A stretch of 64,000 nucleotides of DNA from contig OZ253444.1 of the NCBI GenBank assembly GCA_965261065.1, forward strand, positions 7,414,902 to 7,478,901, given 5' to 3'. Shown in pieces: positions 46,099-54,272 of the stretch. The notes beneath the pieces were generated by a model. The model was not told the origin of the DNA and searched no databases. It saw only the letters and a program-made list of their open reading frames with translations. Numbering within the stretch: position 1 is the first letter of the stretch; the number at the start of each line of letters is the position of its first letter. Source of the DNA: Bryobacterales bacterium. GTDB lineage: Bacteria > Acidobacteriota > Terriglobia > Bryobacterales > UBA6623. The translations under genes and the position numbers were made by a program.

Positions 46099-48327
46099 AT
46101 GACCGCCCGAGACGAGGCGATCTTTCTTTTGCAGGCCGTCGCCGAAGTCGAGCACGCGCTCATGGCGCAGTACCTCTTCGCTGGATACTCCCTGAATCCG
46201 GATGCGGCTGGCATACCCGTCGACCGCGTCGAGGACGTCCGCCGCTGGAGGTCGCTGGTCCTCGGCATTGCCAAGGAGGAGATGGGCCACCTGATCACTG
46301 TTCAGAACCTGCTCCTTCTCATCGGCGGGCCGCTGCACTTCGGCCGCGAAGACTACCCTTTCGACGTCGCGCCCATCTATCCCTTCACCTTCGAATTGGA
46401 GCGCCTAACGAGGCAATCGCTGGCGAAATACATCCTGGCGGAGATGCCCGAGGAGAGCGAGCTGAGCCCGGAACAGCAAACGCTCGTCGATCAGGTGAGG
46501 GCGGCGCTCGGCGGCGGGATCATTGCGGCTCCTCACGTCAATCGCGTCGGCCAGCTCTACAACACGCTGATCCGTCTGTTCAGCCCGCACGGCGCTCCTG
46601 AAGAAGCCCCGAATCATCTGCGGGACTCCGACTTTGTGGCTGGGGCCGTAGACTTCCAGGCTCTGGGCGTCGACTGGGAAACCAACAGCGCGGCAGCCCC
46701 AACCGGCGAGCGCGCCGTGTACAACACGATGGTTCCGCCCGTCACAAACCGCGACGAAGCAGTAGCTGCCCTTCTGAAAATTGCAGAGCAGGGCGAGGGC
46801 ATGCAAGCCGGCGGTGAGGAAACGCTGGCCCACTTCGACCGTTTCTTACACCAGATCTTTGTCGAGTACCCCAACCCGAGCGAGTTCGTCCCGACCCATC
46901 AGTTCCCCGCGGACACGCGGTCCGACAGCATTCCCAACGCGGATTCCCGGCGTTGGGCGCAACTGTTCAATCTGCGCTACCGCCTGCTGCTCTCGTTCCT
47001 TCACCACAGTTTTCTCTTGCCGGGCGCGACAGCCAACCTAGAGGGCGGTCGCACGCCCCGCGGCTATTTGGTCACCTGGACGTTCTTCGAGATGCGCCAC
47101 ATCAAGAAGCTCTCTGAGCTTCTGCCGCAGCTTCCGCACGACAACAATGGCGGCTCAGCTGTTTGCGCTCCTCCATTCGAGATGCCTTACACGTTGGAGA
47201 TGCCGACCGACGCCAACCAGCACTGGCTTGCTCACCGCGAGGTCGTACTCGAATCGGAAATGCTGATCGCGCAAATTGAGGCGGCTGCGGGAGGAAACCT
47301 TTCACAGCAAGCCCAGGACTTGCTAACAATTCTCGGGCGTGCCAACGCCGAGCAAAAAGCGATCATCGACAGCATGACCGGGGGCCCGGTCGAGCCGCCC
47401 AATGAGGGTTACCAACGCGTTGTCGAGATCTTCGAAGAGGCCGTCCGCGGCTTCGAAATCGAGGTCATCCATCGGAAGTTCTGGCGTGAAGACCGAGTGA
47501 CTGCCGGACGCGTGCTGACGGAAACGGAGTTCGTTGACCTGCTTGTCGACGAGGACTGGATCGTCAAAGGCGACGCCGACGCCTCGCACATCATCACGAT
47601 GTTGCGGCGCCCGTTTCGGACCATGCCGCTCGCCAGGCCTCCGATCCCCGATAGCGAGCTCGAAGTCATCAAGGACTGGATCAACAGCCTTACGCCGGAC
47701 GGCGGCCCCGGGCCGGAACCTCAACCCGGTCCCACGGATCCTCAAGTCCACCTCGACTATTGGCGCGACTTCGACGACCAAGCCCTGTTCCAGGCCACCC
47801 CCCAGACGAACCAATCCGTCGGTGCTTTCTTCGCCCAGGTCCAGCGCTGGAGACAGTTCGCGTTGGATCCTTCTCGGGAAGCGGAATGGAACACCGCCGT
47901 CAACCGAACCGAAGTCGTTGCCGCCGTGGCCCACCTGAGCGGCATCCATGTCCAAACGGTGCAACAGCATTATGGCGACCCCATCGACCAGGCCAAGCTT
48001 TTCGACGGCTACCAGCACTTTGGCGCCAACACGCTGCCGGACGACCCGGCGCGGCCTCAAGACGTCCGGCACAACATGAACGGCGAAAGCCTGTGGTTCC
48101 GCTGGTGCGCCTTCGCCGACGCCGCCTTCTGGGAAATCGAGCTGCGAGCGATCTTGATCGGCCTCCTCAACGACGGCCTGATGCGCGGCCGCTTCACGGT
48201 CAACGGTTTCAGCCAGGACGCGACGGGCCAAGCCGCGATCATCACGTTCGTCACCGGCCTGGCAAACAACCAGCTGCAAGCCGAGACCCGGCAACGCTAC
48301 AGAGATTCCGGCCTGGCGTTCATCTAG
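46099..48327 (+). CDS. Large ferritin-like-domain protein (VioB-type ferritin-like fold) with uncharacterised C-terminal half
   Basis: ...LLQAVAEVEHALMAQYLFAGYSL... and ...IAKEEMGHLITVQNLLLLIGGP... helix pairs. The long ORF opens at 45634 inside the IS remnant. The ATG at 46099, chosen because it lies just upstream of the ferritin-like region, is used as a provisional start. Confidence 0.6.
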   Translation: MTARDEAIFLLQAVAEVEHALMAQYLFAGYSLNPDAAGIPVDRVEDVRRWRSLVLGIAKEEMGHLITVQNLLLLIGGPLHFGREDYPFDVAPIYPFTFELERLTRQSLAKYILAEMPEESELSPEQQTLVDQVRAALGGGIIAAPHVNRVGQLYNTLIRLFSPHGAPEEAPNHLRDSDFVAGAVDFQALGVDWETNSAAAPTGERAVYNTMVPPVTNRDEAVAALLKIAEQGEGMQAGGEETLAHFDRFLHQIFVEYPNPSEFVPTHQFPADTRSDSIPNADSRRWAQLFNLRYRLLLSFLHHSFLLPGATANLEGGRTPRGYLVTWTFFEMRHIKKLSELLPQLPHDNNGGSAVCAPPFEMPYTLEMPTDANQHWLAHREVVLESEMLIAQIEAAAGGNLSQQAQDLLTILGRANAEQKAIIDSMTGGPVEPPNEGYQRVVEIFEEAVRGFEIEVIHRKFWREDRVTAGRVLTETEFVDLLVDEDWIVKGDADASHIITMLRRPFRTMPLARPPIPDSELEVIKDWINSLTPDGGPGPEPQPGPTDPQVHLDYWRDFDDQALFQATPQTNQSVGAFFAQVQRWRQFALDPSREAEWNTAVNRTEVVAAVAHLSGIHVQTVQQHYGDPIDQAKLFDGYQHFGANTLPDDPARPQDVRHNMNGESLWFRWCAFADAAFWEIELRAILIGLLNDGLMRGRFTVNGFSQDATGQAAIITFVTGLANNQLQAETRQRYRDSGLAFI

Positions 48328-48797
48328 CGGCGCTTCGAGGCACATTCCAACAGCGCACGGGCGCGACATGTCGCGCCCTTTCGTACGGAGAGGGCGCCAT
48401 GCTCTGGTGTGGGGCGCAATCCTGGCTGCGACCTAGGCGGATCAGCGACCTCGCATCGTTAGGGCGCGTGCAAGAGTCGGCGGACTGGAACAGGCGGAGG
48501 AACGACCACCCTCGATCCATGTTGTCGAGAACGGGTACGAAGAGTTCCGTGAGCGGGACTGATCACCTAACTGTCAGGCAGACAACGACATAGGGCGTTG
48601 TCGCCGATTACTGTCGGAATATCTTCGTTGTGCTGAGTTTCCGCCAGCTAGTGCCAGCCGGGACGTTCACCGTCCAGCCCGGCACAAAGCCAGTCGCATG
48701 CCAAAGCCGAAAAGCTATGTTTCAAAACCCCGTATGTACGGGATGACCGGTGGCCGCGGCCCAGTGTTAAAGAGCGGTCCCCGTGTCGAGCGGTAGG

Positions 48798-50030
48798 TCA
48801 TGTCCATGAACGGCGTCTCGATGCGACGTCCGATCTCAGAGTAACGGCCGTTCTCCCAGTTTGATCCATGTTGTACGACACAATCCCTGTGGACAGAAGC
48901 AGCCGCTCCGCATTGAATGGTTCCTTTCTGGTCAGCATCATCTCGACGAGCCAGTGTTCGAAAGCGTTCGCGGCGTGGTACTGGGAGTAGGGCCCGGGCC
49001 AGCCAAGCATCGAAATGATCGTCGGGTCCTTACGGCCTTCAATGTCGCCGGCGTAGGTCCACCCCACACCCCGAGCTGCGTATATCGCGGCCTTCGTCCC
49101 GTCACGATAGTCGACGATCGTCACCGTTGGCTCGCGGACAGTGTCCTGAAAGTGTCTCAGCTTCATGTCAAAGCTTTTCCGCACGGCGTCAAGCAGATTG
49201 CCCGCCCAAGGATTGCGGTCGGTCCACTTCCACACTTCAGGCCCTCGAATGCACTGCACCGCCTCGATGCCTGTCTCACCGCCCTTGCGGCGTTCCACAA
49301 AGCACTGGAGCACGTCGACACAATGGAAAAGGCTCCCCTCAGCCCCGGAGCCTCCAGCCACGACCGATGCCTTGATGGGCGTATCGGCGTCGATTTCGAT
49401 CTCGGGCTTGCGGTAGTAGAACGGGATGGAGGAACCGCCGTACAGCGGGAAGTCCAGTTCCCGGGATTTGTCAAACATCCACTTGGCCTCGTCCCAACTG
49501 GTGGAGAGGTGCTTGTCGTTAAAAACCGGCACCGAGCGCTTGCTCTGCTCGAAAACCCGGATAATCTGCTGGTAGAGCCACCAGCGGGGATAGTATTTCT
49601 GTCCCTTGAGATTGCTGTGATAAATCCCGTGCTCTCCGACGAGGACGACACCGTCCACGTCAAGTTCCTTCCCCCCGAGCGTGAGGGCTTCATTTACTCT
49701 GTTAAAGATGGGAATGCCTTTCTCTTCGCACACTTTCCGGCCCAATCCGCTTTCTTGAAGCTGATGGATGTAAACGGATACAACGTCCACCCGCGAAGGC
49801 GTACGGGCGCCCTGCCACCAATAACCGTCCAACAGCTTGGTGATGATCCAATCCGCATGTGATCCCGGAGCCGCCCAATAGGTAACGACACAGGCGATAC
49901 GAGGCCGTTTTTCCGCGGCCTGCGAAACAGTACCGGCTGCCATGCCGGCTAAGGCCGCCTTTCCGGACATTCCCAGCATTTCACGCCGGGTGAAGAGTGG
50001 GTTCGAGCGCATACGATGATTTTCGGTCAT
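48798..50030 (-). CDS. Tat-signal hypothetical protein (410 aa)
   Basis: TRREMLGMSGKAALAGMAAG N-terminus. Long uninterrupted ORF. No family recognised. Confidence 0.6.
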   Translation of the reverse strand: MTENHRMRSNPLFTRREMLGMSGKAALAGMAAGTVSQAAEKRPRIACVVTYWAAPGSHADWIITKLLDGYWWQGARTPSRVDVVSVYIHQLQESGLGRKVCEEKGIPIFNRVNEALTLGGKELDVDGVVLVGEHGIYHSNLKGQKYYPRWWLYQQIIRVFEQSKRSVPVFNDKHLSTSWDEAKWMFDKSRELDFPLYGGSSIPFYYRKPEIEIDADTPIKASVVAGGSGAEGSLFHCVDVLQCFVERRKGGETGIEAVQCIRGPEVWKWTDRNPWAGNLLDAVRKSFDMKLRHFQDTVREPTVTIVDYRDGTKAAIYAARGVGWTYAGDIEGRKDPTIISMLGWPGPYSQYHAANAFEHWLVEMMLTRKEPFNAERLLLSTGIVSYNMDQTGRTAVTLRSDVASRRRSWT

Positions 50031-50281
50031 GTGAAAACTCCCCGTGTTGGTAGATTACCGTTCGCAATCCAAGTTGAGGTTTCCCATCATTGATACTTGT
50101 CGTCCTCCTGCTCGGCTGGCAGGAATGGGCCGGGTTTCGATCAGTCGAGTAACAACTCCAGGATCCGCTCAACGTAGTCGTGCTCGGCCTCCGGGTACCA
50201 GAGCCTACCTTTCCGGAGGCTTGATCCAGACCGGCGGAACTCACCTTGCTTGGTTCGACCGGGTGGGGAGCTGAAGGTCTG

Positions 50282-50650
50282 TTACGATTCTTTGCCTAAC
50301 CGCTCGATCTTCGCCGCCATGACGAAGTCGCTTTCCGTAAGCCCGTCGATCTTGTGCGTCCACAGGTAAATCCCCACCTTGCCCCAGGCGAGGTGAATGT
50401 CGGGGTGATGACCCTCTCGCTCGGCAAGCTCGCCCACTCTGTTTGTGAAATCCAGGGCCTCCCGGAAGTTCTTGAAACGATACTGGCGCTCCAGATGATG
50501 CTCGTCCACGACAGTCCAGTGGGACAGCTGCACGGCCAGCGGCTCGATCTCTGCGCCCTTCAACGGTGGAACGCCGCCCCGACAAGGGATGCACTCTTTG
50601 TCAGCCAGGTCGGGCACTGCTCGTTCCTCTCCTGGTCGGCATGTTACCAA
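50282..50650 (-). CDS. Pterin-4-alpha-carbinolamine dehydratase
   Basis: 122 aa. ...RQYRFKNFREALDFTNRVGELAEREGHHPDIHLAWGKVGIYLWTHKIDGLTESDF... is the PCD signature. TTG start as called. Confidence 0.85.
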   Translation of the reverse strand: MVTCRPGEERAVPDLADKECIPCRGGVPPLKGAEIEPLAVQLSHWTVVDEHHLERQYRFKNFREALDFTNRVGELAEREGHHPDIHLAWGKVGIYLWTHKIDGLTESDFVMAAKIERLGKES

Positions 50651-51010
50651 AGCCGACTGCCTGCGATGACACCACTTTCCATGTGACGAGCATGGCGCGG
50701 TACAATTTGCCCGGCGGAAACTCGGATGAAGTGCCTGGGCTCCGGAGCCCAGGGCCCCAGCGCCAGTGAGAGGCTTTTTTTGTAGGTCACATCCAAGGGG
50801 GCTTTGTCAAGTTAACGACACGAAGGCGGTTTGGCCTGAAGATCGTCCGAGGTTTCTCCCCCTCAGTACGCACAGGTAGCCGTCTCCCAGTCCGAACAAA
50901 CGCTCATCGGCATCGCATACGCCTACGAACAGACGGCACACCACCGCCGCCCGCCGGAAGCCCTTCCCTAGGCTTCAAGAGTCCCGAGGGCGTCAACGTC
51001 GGATGGTACC

Positions 51011-51175
51011 GAGAAACGATTTCTCCCCGAAAGATGCGGGTTCAGAGCTTCGGCAACCGGTCACCTAGCAACCCCAAATGGTGTGCCCTCAGGCAGCTAG
51101 CGGGGATCTGGGCCGGGAGCAAGTGACATCGGTTGTTACCATTAGCAACCCCCACGGTGGTAGAATTGGACCGTC
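51011..51175 (+). promoter_or_regulatory. Conserved 5' module, copy A (palindrome GAGAAACGATTTCTC ... GCCCTCAGG ... TAGAAT)
   Basis: Aligns along its whole length with 59543-59708. Shared blocks: GAGAAACGATTTCTC, CAGAGCTTC, CCCAAATGG, GCCCTCAGG, CTAGCG.GGATCTGGGC, TCGGTTGTT, TAGAAT. Ends at the start codon. Confidence 0.75.
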
Positions 51176-52495
51176 GTGATCGGCACCACGATCTCCCACT
51201 ACCGCATCATCGAAAGGCCCGGGGAGGGCGGGTCACTTGGGGTCGTGCTCCACAGAGAGGTGCCCACTTCGTTCAATTCGAGGCCACGCCTCGCGTCCAG
51301 CGCGAACCACCGGCGCCTATGCATTGCTTGGATGGCTGGCCTGTTCGCCCTCTTGCTGGGCGCCTGCGGTTCAGGAAGCTCCGGAGACTTCGACGCGACG
51401 GACTTTGGCGCGGTCGCTGACGGCGCGACGGACAGCACCCAAGCGATCCAGTCCGCTATCGATGAGGCAAGCGCTGCGGGTGGGCGCGTTCTGGTGCCCC
51501 CGGCCGAAGCGCCGTACCTGATAAGCAAGACACTTCTCATCCGTGGGAGTGGCGTCGAGATCGTCGGCGAGGGCGCCACAATACGGTTCGCCGACAACGC
51601 GGCGGGCGAAGGCGACCCGACCGTCATCCTCGCGAGTGGCAGCGAAGACAACCCGATTCGCGATGTCGCGATCCGCGGGCTTACCGTCGACGCAAACTTC
51701 TATGCACAAGAAGGGGCCGAGCGCCCGCGGGGAATCGAATTTCGGTTTATTGGGGGCGCACGCGTTACCGACGTTACGATTCGGCGGCCCTTCGTCGGGC
51801 TCGACTTCGGACGCGGGTGTGTCGACGCCGAGGCGCGCAACGTGGTGATCACTGACTTCGCCGAGGATGGCTTCGACGCCAGCGGTGACGCCAACGAGTT
51901 TTCTGGCGCGAAGACCAGGGATATTCGATTCATCAACGTCGTGGCGCGCGATGCGCCCCGTGCCGATGGCAATGCTTTCGAAATCGAGGATGGTGTGGAG
52001 AACGTCCTCGTCGAGAATGCAACCGTCGAGAACGTCGCGGGCAACGGTTTTGGGCTGCGGAATCACTTTGTCGAAGGGAAGGAAGATCACTCGAGAAACG
52101 TCGAGTTGCGCAACGTCACTGTCCGCGGTACCGGCGGGCAATTCGCCATCTACGGCCGTTGCGCGCCTCGGGAAGGGTTCCCCAACAACAGCTATCACGA
52201 GATGAAGCTGACGAACGTCGAGACTGACGGCGCGGTATCCTTCGTCGGGCCGATCGAAGACCTCGAGATCACCGGTGGCAGCTTCGCTGCTATCTATCTC
52301 GGTTTCGAAGGACCGGACGATGTACCCGCCAAACAAAACGCAGTGGCCACCGCAAAGCTCCAAAAGCTGCAAGCAGAGCAACTTCGGATCAACGGGATGG
52401 ACGGTACCATAACCCTCTCCAATCTCACGCTCCCCAAGGGCCAGGAATCAGTCTCGATCGAAGGCAGCGGAGCCGATGTGCAGACCGACTGGTAG
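51176..52495 (+). CDS. Right-handed beta-helix (pectate-lyase-superfamily) protein, probable lipoprotein
   Basis: ...ATDFGAVADGATDSTQAIQSAIDEASAAGGRVLVPPA..YLIS... is typical of this superfamily. Lipobox LLLGAC at residues 59-64. Alternative start at ATG 51332. The first ~25 codons resemble a kinase N-terminus. Confidence 0.7.
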   Translation: MIGTTISHYRIIERPGEGGSLGVVLHREVPTSFNSRPRLASSANHRRLCIAWMAGLFALLLGACGSGSSGDFDATDFGAVADGATDSTQAIQSAIDEASAAGGRVLVPPAEAPYLISKTLLIRGSGVEIVGEGATIRFADNAAGEGDPTVILASGSEDNPIRDVAIRGLTVDANFYAQEGAERPRGIEFRFIGGARVTDVTIRRPFVGLDFGRGCVDAEARNVVITDFAEDGFDASGDANEFSGAKTRDIRFINVVARDAPRADGNAFEIEDGVENVLVENATVENVAGNGFGLRNHFVEGKEDHSRNVELRNVTVRGTGGQFAIYGRCAPREGFPNNSYHEMKLTNVETDGAVSFVGPIEDLEITGGSFAAIYLGFEGPDDVPAKQNAVATAKLQKLQAEQLRINGMDGTITLSNLTLPKGQESVSIEGSGADVQTDW

Positions 52496-52546
52496 CGTAG
52501 CGGCTCTGCCCTGGCCGCCAGATGCCATAGCCGTCGCATAGATGAC

Positions 52547-52640
52547 GAGAAATGATTTCTCATTGCGAAATCAGCCGTTGGGGCCTCTGGAACCGGTTGC
52601 CGACTGAACACAAATCGAGTCCCCTCAGGGGACAAGAACG
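52547..52640 (+). promoter_or_regulatory. Conserved 5' module, partial copy C
   Basis: GAGAAATGATTTCTC ... CCGACTGAACACAAATCGAGTCCCCTCAGGGGAC parallels copy B (CCGACTGAACCCAAATGGAGCGCCCTCAGGTGAC). Lies 270-370 nt upstream of the DUF1552 gene. Confidence 0.6.
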
Positions 52641-52912
52641 AAGCCGCTGGCGCGACGGACGCCTTCGGCGTAGGAGTGCGCTGAGCTAGGTTCTGGTCGG
52701 CAAGGGTAGATCCAACGACCTGGATCGGGGTTCGCCATCAGGCAGGAATCAAAGGGCCAGCCTACCGCAAGATCTTCGGATCTTGCGAATCGGCATCAGG
52801 GCGCAAGGGAGTGTATACTAGGGCCGTAAAGACGCGCGGCGTCAACGTTCTGCGTGACACCCACTTCAATCGCTCAGTGGGATGCGTTGACGTTATCCGC
52901 CGGGCATCGACC

Positions 52913-54262
52913 ATGAGATCGAATCAAGCAAACCGCCGGGTTTTCCTAAAGGCCGCGGGGATGAGCCTCGCTCTTCCTTGGTTGGAATCGGGCGCCGCGC
53001 TCTCGGCGGCCCGGACGGAACAAGCGGTCGGGCAGCCACCGATCCGTTTTGTGACGACTTTCTTCCCGTTGGGGGTAAATACTCATAAATGGGGAGCTTG
53101 CGGTTCGGGCGAAGATCTGACACTCGAGCCGACGCTTGAGCCGCTGGAAGTGATCAAGCACAAGGTCAGTGTGCTCCAAGGTTTGTCGCATCCGCATCTG
53201 AAGGATGTGCGCGGACATGCCGGCAAGGTCGCCTCGTTTCTGACAGGCGAGCCCGGCGGGCGGGACAACAACAAGTCAGGCGTTTCTATCGATCAGCGGA
53301 TCGCTGCGCGAATAGCTGACCAGACAGAGTTTCGTTCGCTGGTCCTGGGTGTTGCTCCCTCAAGAAACGGTCGCGGATTCTATGATTCCAGCATCTCCTG
53401 GCGGGGCCCTGACAGGCCGCTCGCCAAAGAGATCGATCCCGCCATGACTTTCGCGACTTTGTTCGCCGATAAGTCTTGGCTGAAGCGTGACGAGAGCGTG
53501 CTCGACTTTGTGCTCGACCAGGCTAAGCACCTGGAAACGCGGATCAGCGCCCAGGATAGTCAGACGTTGGCCGAGTACTTCGAGGGCATTCGCGAGTTAG
53601 AGCTGCGGATCGCGCGCCTAGACCGGGACACGACAGATTGGCAACGCCAGCAGGCAGGCGAGCTTTCCATCTCTCGGCGTTTTCATGCTGATGATCCGAG
53701 CGGCGCGGGCGAGACGCCTGATTTTGCGCTTTATCAACCAGAGAACTTCCGCGAACACACCCGCTTGATGCTTGATTTGCTCGTGTTGGCGCTACGAATG
53801 GATAAGACCCGGGTGCTGACATTCATGTTCGACAGCTATGGCCCGAAATACATGGACTTCAGCTTCCTGCCTGGCGTCACAGGCCAGTGGCACTCGTTGA
53901 GTCACCACAAAGAGACGCCGAGCTCGCTTCACCAGTATCACCTCATCAATCAATGGCATGTCTCACAATTCACGTACCTGCTGCAGAAGATGGATGAGGC
54001 GCAGGAAGGGGATCGGACCTTACTTGACAATTCGATGGTCATGATCGGGTCGGACATGTGGGACGGAAACCGCCATACGTGCACGGAGTATCCATTGCTT
54101 CTCGCCGGCAGTGGTGGGGGCCGGATCAAGACCGGGCGTGCTATCGATTTCGAGGATGGCTCAATGTCCCGGCTCTTCTTGTCGATTGCGGAAACCATGG
54201 GCACGCCCCTGGACGGATTCCAGGAAGCCTGCGAGTCGTTGGGTTCGCAACTAGCCGCATAA
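52913..54262 (+). CDS. DUF1552 protein (Tat-type signal)
   Basis: 449 aa from ATG 52913. N-terminus MRSNQANRRVFLKAAGMSLALPWLES is typical of the family. Followed by its usual DUF1592-type partner. Confidence 0.8.
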   Translation: MRSNQANRRVFLKAAGMSLALPWLESGAALSAARTEQAVGQPPIRFVTTFFPLGVNTHKWGACGSGEDLTLEPTLEPLEVIKHKVSVLQGLSHPHLKDVRGHAGKVASFLTGEPGGRDNNKSGVSIDQRIAARIADQTEFRSLVLGVAPSRNGRGFYDSSISWRGPDRPLAKEIDPAMTFATLFADKSWLKRDESVLDFVLDQAKHLETRISAQDSQTLAEYFEGIRELELRIARLDRDTTDWQRQQAGELSISRRFHADDPSGAGETPDFALYQPENFREHTRLMLDLLVLALRMDKTRVLTFMFDSYGPKYMDFSFLPGVTGQWHSLSHHKETPSSLHQYHLINQWHVSQFTYLLQKMDEAQEGDRTLLDNSMVMIGSDMWDGNRHTCTEYPLLLAGSGGGRIKTGRAIDFEDGSMSRLFLSIAETMGTPLDGFQEACESLGSQLAA

Positions 54263-54272
54263 GAACCTCTCC

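Noticed and set aside
51161-51166. Calling TAGAAT (and 59694-59699) a confirmed -10 promoter box
   Set aside because: It would imply almost leaderless mRNAs starting with GTG/TTG, which is unusual. The hexamer is conserved but could equally be part of a structured leader. It is left as a hypothesis inside the conserved-module finding.
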